DNA from: Nitrospirota bacterium
Lineage (GTDB): Bacteria > Nitrospirota > Thermodesulfovibrionia > UBA6902
DNA: 64,000 bases
Assembly: GCA_016213945.1 (NCBI GenBank)
Contig: JACQZF010000032.1
Span: forward strand, 20,324-84,323
Reading direction: 5' to 3'
The notes under the pieces: model-generated
Seen by the model: the letters and a program-made list of their open reading frames with translations, nothing else
Databases searched by the model: none
Told to the model about the DNA's origin: nothing
Position numbers and translations under genes: made by a program
Part shown: positions 20,175-29,108 of the stretch, one piece after another
Position numbering within the stretch: position 1 is the first letter of the stretch
Layout of the letters: each line of letters starts with the position of its first letter

Positions 20175-21881
20175 CTAATCACTGTTATCCACCCCTTTGT
20201 CTTCTTCGAGCGATTTAACTTTAACCATGGAGCCGTTAAAAATTCTTATCGCATCCTGTACGATCGGCTCGGAGAAAACCTTTTCCTTTACTTTGTTGAC
20301 ATCATTTTTTATTTCTTTCTTGGGTAAAGAAAGGATTTTCAATTTGATGCTGTGGCCGCTCAGCTTTTGAAGTATCGGGTTAATAACAGCGGCGCTCTTC
20401 TTTATTGAATCCGCAAGCACGGACATCCCCCCGTTGAAACCGATGGATAGTTCTGTCGTTGTCATATTGACAGGCTTGGCCTCTGCAAGCTTGCAGGCAA
20501 GGAGATGGTCCTGTGAGTCGAGATGTTCAATCAATTTCTGCCAGAGTTCTTCCTTGTCCGCTATGACCGTTATGATATCCGGGTCGGGTTGTTTAACCGG
20601 TTCTGTTTTTTTTTCTGCTTGTGGGGCAGCCTGTTGTTCCGAAAATCCCCATTCATCCCCCTTTGTCAAAGGGGGAGCTTTTTCCCCTCTATTCCCATCT
20701 TTTTGAGACTTGAGCGCCTGAGGTGAAGATTCCCGTACATACGCCTGTGCCGGCGTCTCATCGAGCATTTTCATGACGTCCCCGATGGAAGTCATTCCCT
20801 TCACAAAAGAAGTCCTGAGAAGCCCGAGTTCAAGTGTATATCTTGGATTGACGGCGTTTCGGACCTCTCCCTCAAGCCTGAGGAGCTCGGTCAGGAGCAA
20901 AGTAAGTTCTTCAATGCTGACATCGGCTGCAAGCCCCCTCAGCCTTTCTGCATCCTCTCTGGAAAATTCAAAAACGTCTTCAGCGTCTTGTGTTATCTTC
21001 ACGATGGTAATATTCCTGAATTGCTCGACAAGTTCCTTTGCTATCTGCCGCAGGTCGCTGCCCCTGTCAGTGAATTCCTTTATTATTGAAAGTGAGGAGG
21101 ACGCGTCTCCCTTTAAGATAGCTTCCGAAAGATTGGAGATGACCTCCGAATCAGGAAGGCCTAAAAGCGTCTGGAGCTCTTTTTCCGTTATATCGTCGCT
21201 GAAAGAGCAGGCCTGATCAAGCAGTGTCAGGGCGTCCCTCATGCTTCCGTCAGCCGCCTTTGCTATCATCTCCAGCGCGGCCTCTTTGATATTTATTTGT
21301 TCCGCGCCGGTGATTTTTTTGAGCTGCTCTTTAATCCTGTTCTTGGTGACCCTGCGGAAAGAGTGGTGCTGGCACCTGGAGAGAATAGTCGCCGGTATTT
21401 TTTTCGGCTCGGTGGTGGCAAAGATAAAAACCACGTGCGGCGGCGGCTCTTCGAGGGTTTTAAGAAGCGCGTTGAACGCAGGCACGCTCAGCATATGCAC
21501 TTCATCGATGATATAAATTTTATACTTGCCGCCTGAAGGCGCGTATTTCACGGTCTCCCTCAGCTCACGGACCGCGTCGACGCCTGTGTTGGAGGCGCCG
21601 TCGATTTCAAACACGTCAACGGAATGGCCTTCGGTTATTGCCTTGCAGCTTTCGCATTTGCCGCAGGGGTCGCTGTCCGTCCTTTGCAGGCAGTTCAGCG
21701 CCTTGGCAAGGATGCGGGCGGAAGATGTTTTGCCCACGCCCCTTGGGCCTGAGAACAAATAGGCGTGCACGATCTTCCCGCTTGACAGGGCGTTCTTGAA
21801 GGTCTTAACAACCGTCTCCTGTCCGACAAGATCGTCAAAGCTCTGGGGACGCCATTTTCTCGCAAGTACAATGTAGCTCAT
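20175..21881 (-). CDS. dnaX: DNA polymerase III subunit gamma/tau
   Basis: LARKWRPQSFDDLVGQ, GPRGVGKTS, zinc module CGKCESC. A9 run at 20606-20614, at about codon 423. Confidence 0.9.
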   Translation of the reverse strand: MSYIVLARKWRPQSFDDLVGQETVVKTFKNALSSGKIVHAYLFSGPRGVGKTSSARILAKALNCLQRTDSDPCGKCESCKAITEGHSVDVFEIDGASNTGVDAVRELRETVKYAPSGGKYKIYIIDEVHMLSVPAFNALLKTLEEPPPHVVFIFATTEPKKIPATILSRCQHHSFRRVTKNRIKEQLKKITGAEQINIKEAALEMIAKAADGSMRDALTLLDQACSFSDDITEKELQTLLGLPDSEVISNLSEAILKGDASSSLSIIKEFTDRGSDLRQIAKELVEQFRNITIVKITQDAEDVFEFSREDAERLRGLAADVSIEELTLLLTELLRLEGEVRNAVNPRYTLELGLLRTSFVKGMTSIGDVMKMLDETPAQAYVRESSPQALKSQKDGNRGEKAPPLTKGDEWGFSEQQAAPQAEKKTEPVKQPDPDIITVIADKEELWQKLIEHLDSQDHLLACKLAEAKPVNMTTTELSIGFNGGMSVLADSIKKSAAVINPILQKLSGHSIKLKILSLPKKEIKNDVNKVKEKVFSEPIVQDAIRIFNGSMVKVKSLEEDKGVDNSD

Positions 21882-21937
21882 AAATAAGTAGTTAGTAGTA
21901 AGTAGTTATTCTACTTTGCAATCAAGATGACACCTTT

Positions 21938-22062
21938 GTCATTCCGGCGGCTCCGTCCGACCTACTGTTGGCTTGTCCGGAATCTTTCTTTGTTTTCAGA
22001 AGGATTCCCGACGCGCTCCGCTTGCGGGAATGACAACTTAAACACTCGCTTGCGGGAATGAC
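21938..22062. repeat. composite GTCATTCC...GGAATGAC MITE-like element
   Basis: gtcattccggcgg...ggcttgtccggaatc...gattcccgac...gcgggaatgac, with the last arm duplicated. Confidence 0.75.
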
Positions 22063-22171
22063 AACTTAAACACTTAATGGAATTAGTAGTAAGTAGTCAG
22101 AGCAAGAATTAACAGTTTTGTTCTTTTCTTCCATAACTCCTATCTACTAACTACCGACTTCTGTTTTTTTA

Positions 22172-22283
22172 AAGCCGGGCCTTCAGGTTATCCTGCGGCA
22201 CACAGGATAACTGCTTACCGTTGCTTCCTTCCGGACCTGGCGGGGTTCACAGCATACTGTTGCACAGGGCCCGAAGACCCGAC
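22172..22283 (-). ncRNA. ffs: signal recognition particle RNA (small bacterial 4.5S type)
   Basis: Minus strand reads ...ccgccaggtccggaaggaagcaacggtaagc..., the conserved domain IV motif. Sits upstream of dnaX as in many bacteria. Ends approximate. Confidence 0.7.
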
Positions 22284-22366
22284 CCAAAAATAGCTCTCGG
22301 CGATCAGCCTTCAGCAATCAGCTAACAGACCATAGCTGAAAGCTGACGGCTGATCGCTGTTCTTTC

Positions 22367-22457
22367 TGGCGGAGAGGGAGGGAGTCGAACCCTCGAGACG
22401 GTATTAGCGTCTACACGATTTCCAGTCGTGCTCCTTCGGCCACTCGGACACCTCTCC
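22367..22457 (-). tRNA. tRNA-Ser (anticodon GGA), CCA encoded
   Basis: Minus strand GGAGAGG...CACGA-CTGGAAA-TCGTG...long variable arm...GGTTCGACTCCCTC-CCTCTCC-G-CCA. Confidence 0.9.
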
Positions 22458-22614
22458 AAAAACTACAGTCAAAAGTGAAAAGTTAAAAGCAAAAAAAAAT
22501 TACATCCTTTACCTTTAACACTTACCTTTCAACTCAGAACCTGCTCTGATGTTTGCATGATGCGGACGCAAGTAATTTTGACGTTAGTTTAACATTTTTT
22601 TGTGCGGTTGTGTA

Positions 22615-22862
22615 TTATCTCAAGACATACAGAAGCATCAGGTTGATTATGTATATCAGCAATATACCAATGGAGTCCCATGCAAGAAATAATGTTTTCT
22701 TTTCTGCGCAGGGGGCAGCCCGATAATTGCAACGGTTGTCATTGCAATGGCTGACAAGGCGGAGATTATATGGTTCGTTCCGGCAAATGAAAGTATGGGC
22801 CCTTTGATGAAGAGGAAATCGTCAACGGCAAGGACGAAGAGATTGAAAATATTGCTCCCGAA
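22615..22862 (-). pseudogene. remnant of a CaCA (Na+/Ca2+ exchanger, YrbG-like) transporter gene
   Basis: Own translation: FGSNIFNLFVLAVDDFLFIKGPILSFAGTNHIISALSAIAMTTVAIIGL.... A stop lies directly upstream, there is no start codon, and a frameshift precedes the last ...IGILLIYIINLMLLYVLR*. Confidence 0.35.
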
Positions 22863-22970
22863 TTAGAACGGTCAGACTATCAATCCTGATGTGAATTGAC
22901 AATCCGGCATGCTTTATTTATTATTGAATTACAATAATGGCAGTTCAATAATTTAAAGAAAGGGGCAGGA

Positions 22971-24113
22971 ATGGCCAATCCTTTTTATTTGCAGGAGATT
23001 CCTGTTGACGCGCTGTTTTGTAACAGGATTGAAGAGCTCAAAGAATTGCAGTCCTACGCCGAAGCAAGGGCTAATGTAGTGATATTCTCCCCGAGGCGTT
23101 ATGGCAAGACGTCGCTCGTCAAAAGGATTCAAAAGAATCTTTCCCAAAAAGGGGCCGTCACCATCTTTGCCGACTTTTTCGGCGTGGCCTCTGTTGACGA
23201 TGTGGCTGCGCGGCTGGCAAAAGCGGTTTTTGCCGTCACTCATAAAAATGCCCCCTTATGGAAAAAAGCCCTTCGCGCGATAAAATCCTTCCGTCCTGTG
23301 TTGAAGCCCGAGATTGACGGCACTTTTACACTGAGCGTTGAGCCTTCATCTATCGGGACAACGGGGGTAAATCTGCTTGACGAGACCATGGGTTCACTTG
23401 GAGAATTCATAGGAAGCAACAGGAATTTACTGGTCCATATTGCCCTCGATGAATTTCAGGAAATTGTTGTATTAAAAGAGGCGCTGAAAATCGAAGCGGT
23501 TATGAGAACTAATATTCAACAGCACCGCGCATCTTATTTTTTTATAGGGAGCCGGAGGAGAGTGCTTCTCGGTATATTTAACGAGCAGCAGAGGCCATTT
23601 TTTCAGAGCGCTGTCAATTATCCTTTGAAGTCCCTTCCCGCAGATGAACTGGAAAAGTTTATTATAGAGCAATTCAGGTCTGGTAAAATTAAATGCTCTC
23701 CGGAAACAGCCCGCAGGCTTGCATCAGTTGTTAAATACCATCCTTATTACTCACAGAAGCTCGGCTTTTTTGTTTTTGAGATCGGAGGCCGGGTTACAGA
23801 AGACAGCATAGACCGGGCGCTGGGAAAGCTGCTTCTTTCAGAGAAGGCTGTTTTTGAGGCGACAACACAGGGGCTCACTTCTCAACAACGCCTGCTGCTC
23901 CACGCCATTGCAATGGAGCCTGCGAAGAAAATACTTGCAAGCTCATATATCCGCAAACATGGCATCGGCTCCATAGGCGGAATACAGCATGCATTAAGAT
24001 TACTGGAAGAACTCGATCTGGTAGAAAAAGACGGGCAAACAGGATGTTGGAATTTGGTGGACCCTCTTTTTGCTGTCTGGTTAAGAAGTCAAACAGAAGA
24101 AAAAATCATCTAA
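22971..24113 (+). CDS. Arch_ATPase/DUF234-like AAA ATPase
   Basis: FCNRIEELKEL..., Walker A SPRRYGKTSL, Walker B HIALDEFQE, C-terminal winged-helix-like LEELDLVEKDG. Confidence 0.7.
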   Translation: MANPFYLQEIPVDALFCNRIEELKELQSYAEARANVVIFSPRRYGKTSLVKRIQKNLSQKGAVTIFADFFGVASVDDVAARLAKAVFAVTHKNAPLWKKALRAIKSFRPVLKPEIDGTFTLSVEPSSIGTTGVNLLDETMGSLGEFIGSNRNLLVHIALDEFQEIVVLKEALKIEAVMRTNIQQHRASYFFIGSRRRVLLGIFNEQQRPFFQSAVNYPLKSLPADELEKFIIEQFRSGKIKCSPETARRLASVVKYHPYYSQKLGFFVFEIGGRVTEDSIDRALGKLLLSEKAVFEATTQGLTSQQRLLLHAIAMEPAKKILASSYIRKHGIGSIGGIQHALRLLEELDLVEKDGQTGCWNLVDPLFAVWLRSQTEEKII

Positions 24114-24186
24114 AAAACGTGCCGAATGGTCACCAACTTTGTAGTCAAGCCCGTGTCTTCTCATTTCTTACTTCTCACTTGTCTAA

Positions 24187-24276
24187 TGGCGGAGAGGCAG
24201 GGATTCGAACCCTGGGTGAAGTTGCCTCCACAACGGTTTTCGAGACCGCCCCATTCAACCGCTCTGGCACCTCTCC
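24187..24276 (-). tRNA. tRNA-Ser (anticodon CGA), CCA encoded
   Basis: Minus strand GGAGAGG...GCGGT-CTCGAAA-ACCGT...long variable arm...GGTTCGAATCCCTG-CCTCTCC-G-CCA. Confidence 0.9.
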
Positions 24277-24301
24277 ACTGAACGCTGAAAGCTTATAGCT
24301 A

Positions 24302-24772
24302 TCAGCTTTCAGCTCTTAATTGTACAAAAAACCTCTTAAGAATGTCTGCACACTCATTTTCTAAAATTCCGGGCACTACCTTTACCCGGTGATTGAGCGC
24401 GGGATCGAAAACTATCTGATACCGGCTTGTAACCGCTCCGTACCTGTCGTCTTTACAGCCGTAAACGAGCTTGCCCAGCCGGGCATTCACCATGGCCCCC
24501 GCGCACATAACACACGGTTCTTTTGTAACATAAAGGACCGCATCCGTCAAACGCCAGTTTCCCGTCTTCATTGCGCCTTCCCGGATTGCCGTTAACTCGG
24601 CGTGTGCGGTGGGGTCGTTGACAGATTCCCTTTTATTGTGGGCGGATGCGATGACCCGGTCTTCGATTACAAGGACTGCTCCGACAGGGACTTCTCCTTC
24701 AGCAAATGCCGCCTCCGCCTCTTTAAGGGCGAGGCGCATAAAATGCTCATTCATTTCAGGGACAGTTATCAC
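24302..24772 (-). CDS. tadA: tRNA adenosine(34) deaminase
   Basis: HAELTAIREG and PCVMCAGAM zinc motifs. GTG start at 24772 (an alternative ATG lies at 24754). Confidence 0.9.
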   Translation of the reverse strand: MITVPEMNEHFMRLALKEAEAAFAEGEVPVGAVLVIEDRVIASAHNKRESVNDPTAHAELTAIREGAMKTGNWRLTDAVLYVTKEPCVMCAGAMVNARLGKLVYGCKDDRYGAVTSRYQIVFDPALNHRVKVVPGILENECADILKRFFVQLRAES

Positions 24773-24927
24773 GACTGTCCTTTGTCAGCCCCTTTTTTTT
24801 CAGGGAAACATACCGGGCAGTAATATTCTCCGTTATCGAGGCTGCAAACATGGCTTCACTCAGGACAGCAGATACAATCATTTATCGGCTTCTTACAGAC
24901 GTCGCAAATCTCAGTCTTGTTTTCCAT
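24769..24927 (-). CDS. small Cys-rich ORF with an in-frame TGA (23 aa, or 52 aa if recoded)
   Basis: Own translation: MENKTEICDVCKKPINDCICCPE-TGA-SHVCSLDNGEYYCPVCFPEKKGADKGQS*. The terminal TGA overlaps the tadA GTG (GTGA). Confidence 0.3.
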
Positions 24928-25098
24928 CAGCAAACGGCCCTTTCTTTAAAGAATGTTTCAGCATAACTCAGGCATTCCGTGCAAATCAAGGCAGGGCCGG
25001 ATAATAATTCTGGACGGTGATGCAGGCTGAAAAGTCTTGCACAACTTGCAAATCAATTGTGTTAAAATGTTGCATTCTTGATTGTCAAGGAGAGCCAT

Positions 25099-26481
25099 TT
25101 GGGAAAGGCCGCAGCGGTCAGCTTAGAAGGGGATAAAGTAAAAATCGTCCACGCCTCTTTAAGAGGGAAGAATATCACCATTGACAAGACGGAAGTTGTT
25201 GAGGAAAGAGAATTCGACAATTACCTTCGCACGGCAAAAGCCTCAGAGTTTATCGTCACCTGCGATTTCAAAGAAGCCTTTCACGACGTTATAACAACGC
25301 CTGTTGTAAAAGAACAGTATCTCTCAAAGATCGTTGAATCTGAGATAAGAAAGGCCTCCGCAAGGCATGATCTGGTCTTCATTTATACCACGATCGGAGA
25401 GAAGGTCGCCGGTAACAAAAAGGTATTGGAGGTTTTCTATTTCGCTGTAAGCAAAGAGGCCCTCCGTCAGGTTGTGGAAAGATTTTATGACAACGGTAAA
25501 ACGGTCAGGGCCGTATATCCGCATGTGTTTTCCGCGGCATCCTTATTTGATTCCCATCTTGCGGGAGACGCCCATATGGGGATATTCGGGACGGGAAAGG
25601 CGCGTACTATATTTTTTGCCAGGAAAAGCCAGGCACCTGCTGCCAGGAAAACTCCCATCGAAAACCCCAACAGCATCTACTTCATAAGGAATTATGAATC
25701 ATACGAGACTGAGTTGTCGGATTTTGACATACAGAATATCAACATGACCATCAGCTATTGTTTTCAGAACATCAGGCTAAACCCATCGGCTGTCTACTTA
25801 ATGGGCGGACTCGCCGAGCTGCCTCAGATCAGTGTTACGCCTACGGCCCCCCTGACCAGTCTCTTCAGGCCTGAATATATAAACTGCAGCAGGGAGACAT
25901 TCAATGAATATTTCCTGCCGGTTGCTTCTTTCCTTGCGCCCGGCCCGTCTAACATACTCAGTCAGGATTTCAAGAATATTTATCTTTTAAAAAGCTGCAT
26001 GGCATACGCAGTTCAAATTTTTGTCATACTCGCCGCCCTGTGCGTGGGTATTACATTTTATGAGGCAAAAGGTGCGGCTGAGAAAAAAGAGCGTATAAAC
26101 TTATCAAAAAAAGGCAGGGCGGACATTGAAGCCGTTTTCACGGCATACAGTGAAAGGGAGGAAAAGATAAACCAGTACATGCCTGTCGTTGAATTCCTGA
26201 ACAGGCCTTCGCCGGATATTAAAAAACTGTTAATCTCATTGGCAGAGATATATTTCGGAGATTTGACATTGAATACGGTTAACGCCTATGCGAAAGAAGA
26301 AAACACTGTTTCCGTCACCCTGCAAGGGAAGGCAGCAGCAGATACGTACGCAGCGATGCAGGATTCGCTGGACAATGTGACAAATGAATTACGCAAGTCG
26401 GAGAATATGGAAATCACAAACAGTTCGGTAGACTTGAAAGAAAAAACATTTTCCATAGAGATGAACTACAAGACACAATGA
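25099..26481 (+). CDS. PilM/PilN-like fusion (MshI-like) pilus assembly protein
   Basis: Actin-like N-terminal part, TM segment (AVQIFVILAALCVGITFY) and coiled C-terminus. TTG start 6 nt after aaggag (the track start, 25078, is also TTG). First gene of the msh-like cluster. Confidence 0.55.
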   Translation: MGKAAAVSLEGDKVKIVHASLRGKNITIDKTEVVEEREFDNYLRTAKASEFIVTCDFKEAFHDVITTPVVKEQYLSKIVESEIRKASARHDLVFIYTTIGEKVAGNKKVLEVFYFAVSKEALRQVVERFYDNGKTVRAVYPHVFSAASLFDSHLAGDAHMGIFGTGKARTIFFARKSQAPAARKTPIENPNSIYFIRNYESYETELSDFDIQNINMTISYCFQNIRLNPSAVYLMGGLAELPQISVTPTAPLTSLFRPEYINCSRETFNEYFLPVASFLAPGPSNILSQDFKNIYLLKSCMAYAVQIFVILAALCVGITFYEAKGAAEKKERINLSKKGRADIEAVFTAYSEREEKINQYMPVVEFLNRPSPDIKKLLISLAEIYFGDLTLNTVNAYAKEENTVSVTLQGKAAADTYAAMQDSLDNVTNELRKSENMEITNSSVDLKEKTFSIEMNYKTQ

Positions 26482-27029
26482 ACTATTTCCGTTATTTAAA
26501 AAAGAGCTTCCCCTCATATATCATAAGCGGCGTCCTGTTCGGGCTGGCCCTTTTGTCCCTGGTAATACTCCACAGGTATAACAAGTATCTGGACAATACT
26601 CTTGAGACAATGAACAATATCAACATCAGGAGAGATGACATCAGGAAAGAAATAGGAGAGATAGATTCGCTGATCATGTACTTCAAAGAAAAGTTCGGCA
26701 TAAATTCATCCGATATAGCCTCTGAAAAGACCATCCTCCGGGGCCTTGATGAGTTGAAGACAAAATTTGACGCCGCATCAATCTCCGTGACTAAATTTGA
26801 AGAGGCAGGCAGTGAAAAGAAACTCCCTGTTGATATCAAGGTCCCCGTGAAGAACTATAAGATGGTCCTTGATTACGTGGGTTATATTGAAGCGTTCAGG
26901 CTGCCGGCTTACAGGATAAAAAATATTTCCATAACAAAAGAGCAGGCAGGCGGTGTGGTCCTTAATATACAGGGCGAGTTTGTGACGCCGTCAATAGCTG
27001 ATAGCCAAAATCTGGCAGCTAATAACTGA
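26478..27029 (+). CDS. PilO/MshJ-like pilus assembly protein
   Basis: N-terminal TM, coiled coil, ATGA coupling to the previous gene. Confidence 0.5.
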   Translation: MNYFRYLKKSFPSYIISGVLFGLALLSLVILHRYNKYLDNTLETMNNINIRRDDIRKEIGEIDSLIMYFKEKFGINSSDIASEKTILRGLDELKTKFDAASISVTKFEEAGSEKKLPVDIKVPVKNYKMVLDYVGYIEAFRLPAYRIKNISITKEQAGGVVLNIQGEFVTPSIADSQNLAANN

Positions 27030-27032
27030 TTT

Positions 27033-27476
27033 ATGGATAACAGGACAAAAATACTGATTGCCTTTCCATTCATTTTCATTATAATATTTTTTATCGCGGC
27101 GAACTATTTCCCTTTCAAAGGCGGGCTTACGGATATCGAAGACCGCGTATTGGCATTCACGCCTGCTTCGCTTTCAATAAAGGAAAGGCCTGCAATTTCT
27201 GTCAGCGGAGAAATCAAAAGCCCCATGGATTTCAGCTCACCGGCTGTTTCAGCAAGCGTGGAAAAAGAGGGTGATTTAGTTCCTGAGATGGACTATAATG
27301 ATACGTATTTGTCACTCATAGTAATAAGCGGAAAGAGAAAAATGGCGATTATAAAAGGCTCCCTCGTCAGAGAAGGCGAAAGTATTGACGGCATGAAAAT
27401 AGCCAGGATAGAGCCTGACAGGGTCCTGGTAAAAAACAAGACTGAAAAATGGCTGTACCTTGAGAGGTCGAAATGA
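27033..27476 (+). CDS. PilP/MshK-like pilus assembly protein
   Basis: TM anchor. C-terminal ...MAIIKGSLVREGESIDGMKIARIEPDRVLVKN pattern. Overlaps the secretin gene. Confidence 0.45.
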   Translation: MDNRTKILIAFPFIFIIIFFIAANYFPFKGGLTDIEDRVLAFTPASLSIKERPAISVSGEIKSPMDFSSPAVSASVEKEGDLVPEMDYNDTYLSLIVISGKRKMAIIKGSLVREGESIDGMKIARIEPDRVLVKNKTEKWLYLERSK

Positions 27477-29029
27477 AAAAGTGTTTTCTGTCTTCTGTTT
27501 TCTGTCTTCTGTTCTCTGTCTTCTGTCTTCTGTCTTTCATCTCCTGCGCCGCTGTCGGCCAACTGACAAAAAAGCCGGAGAAGAAAATAGACCTCAGCAA
27601 ACAGATGGCCGCGGCAGAAACAAGACCTTCAGAAGCGCCCGCGCCTCAGCTTCCAGGGCCCGTGACCCCCGAATTTGTCCCGGCCAAAGAGGACACCTCG
27701 CCGCTTCAGACCAAGACCGTGTCCGTCTCCGCAAGGAGCACTCCTCTCAGAGAAGTGCTTTTCACTATTGCCGAGACCGCGAGCCTCAATCTCGTAATGG
27801 AGCGCGGAGTTGATACTGAACTCCCTGTGACCATGACATTAAAAAACATAAGCGTTCAGGACGCGCTTAATATCATCCTTGATTCATCCGATTATTTTTA
27901 CTCGGTCACTGAAAACATCCTTACCGTCAGGGCCATGGGAACGGAGATATTTGAGCTTGGCCACCCTAACGTGGTGCAGGAATATAAAATGAATGTCGGC
28001 GGAGATATCCTCAGCGGGACTTCTTCCGTGGGCCAGTCTGCCAACGCGGTAAGCGGCGACGTATCGATCAAGTCCTCCTCTGACAATGTCTCGTTTCAAT
28101 TCTGGGACGCCATTGAAAAGACAATGGGGACCATACTGAAGCCTGAGCAGGGAAAAGTGGTCCAGCCGGCCTTTGTCGTTAACAGGATGGCAGGCACTGT
28201 GATGGTCACCGCGGCAAAAAAGGACCTGAAAAAAGTCGGTGATTATTTTACCAACCTGAAAAAGGTGCTTAACAGGCAGGTGCTGGTAGAGGCGCGCATA
28301 GTCGAAGTCCAGTTGTCGGAAGGCCTGAAGTACGGAATAGACTGGAACGCCTTAATTAAAGGCGTGGCCCAGAGCGCGAACATCAACGTGGGCACAACGG
28401 GATTTACAAATGTGCTTACCGGCGATACACCGAACTTTCAGGTCAATGTCACCGGGACCGAAAACTTGACACTCCTCCTGAAGGCCTTGCAGGAACAGGG
28501 CGATGTGCAGACGCTTTCCAATCCGAGAATAAATATTATGAACGGGCAGACCGCGTTGTTAAGCGTCGGCAGGAACACAAGTTTTATTTCAAAGGTTGAG
28601 ACCGTTACGACAACCTCCGCGGGCTCCGCGCCGACAACCACCTTCACCGTTGAGACCAACAGCGTGCTTTCCGGCATTCTGTTCGGCCTTGTGCCGTACA
28701 TTAACAGTGATGGGGAAATAACTCTGACAATAACCCCTATTGTTACAAACCTCGTCAGCCTTGAGTCAAAGATCGTCGGCGCCACGGACAATTCGGTTGA
28801 GATAAAGCTGCCCACTGTGGACCTGAGGGAAATGAGCACCACGGTCAGGATCATAGACGGACAGATAGTCGTTATCGGAGGGCTCATAAGTAAAAATACA
28901 AAATCAACCGAGAATAAAATTCCACTGCTTGGCGACATCCCGGTGTTAGGCGAATTTTTCAAGAGCGTAGACAAGACAGACGAGCAGACAGAGCTTGTGA
29001 TAATGCTGATACCAAGGTTGATGATTTAA
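27473..29029 (+). CDS. type IV pilus secretin (MshL/PilQ-like lipoprotein)
   Basis: Lipobox LSFISC. Secretin C-domain LSNPRINIMNGQTALLSVG ... IPLLGDIPVLGEFFK. Confidence 0.85.
   Translation: MKKCFLSSVFCLLFSVFCLLSFISCAAVGQLTKKPEKKIDLSKQMAAAETRPSEAPAPQLPGPVTPEFVPAKEDTSPLQTKTVSVSARSTPLREVLFTIAETASLNLVMERGVDTELPVTMTLKNISVQDALNIILDSSDYFYSVTENILTVRAMGTEIFELGHPNVVQEYKMNVGGDILSGTSSVGQSANAVSGDVSIKSSSDNVSFQFWDAIEKTMGTILKPEQGKVVQPAFVVNRMAGTVMVTAAKKDLKKVGDYFTNLKKVLNRQVLVEARIVEVQLSEGLKYGIDWNALIKGVAQSANINVGTTGFTNVLTGDTPNFQVNVTGTENLTLLLKALQEQGDVQTLSNPRINIMNGQTALLSVGRNTSFISKVETVTTTSAGSAPTTTFTVETNSVLSGILFGLVPYINSDGEITLTITPIVTNLVSLESKIVGATDNSVEIKLPTVDLREMSTTVRIIDGQIVVIGGLISKNTKSTENKIPLLGDIPVLGEFFKSVDKTDEQTELVIMLIPRLMI
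27481..27537 (+). repeat. 7-bp tandem array (TTCTGTC-type) encoding the secretin signal peptide
   Basis: gtgttttctgtcttctgttttctgtcttctgttctctgtcttctgtcttctgtcttt is read as CFLSSVFCLLFSVFCLLS. Confidence 0.85.
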
Positions 29030-29108
29030 GGAAAGGGATGAAGGCAAAAGGCAGACGGATGAAGAGTTTGAGAATTCGTCCTTCCCTCATCCTTCTGCCT
29101 TCAGAAAT

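Noticed and set aside
20117-20182. N-terminal extensions of track ORFs: ybaB here, cbiQ 50694-50741, cobC 59176-59271, cobS 60009-60077, HAD 63716-63808, TPR 37669-37734
   Set aside because: The extensions run through repeat elements or overlap upstream genes. Internal ATGs with Shine-Dalgarno sites match the conserved N-termini of these families.
24609-25004. 131-aa plus-strand ORF spanning the tadA 5' region
   Set aside because: Antisense to tadA and to the small Cys-rich ORF. No family resemblance.
27481-27537. Tandem repeat arrays (here and at about 30 other sites) considered as possible CRISPR arrays
   Set aside because: The period is 7 bp with no spacers, the arrays are only 25-60 bp, many lie inside ORFs, and no cas genes are present.
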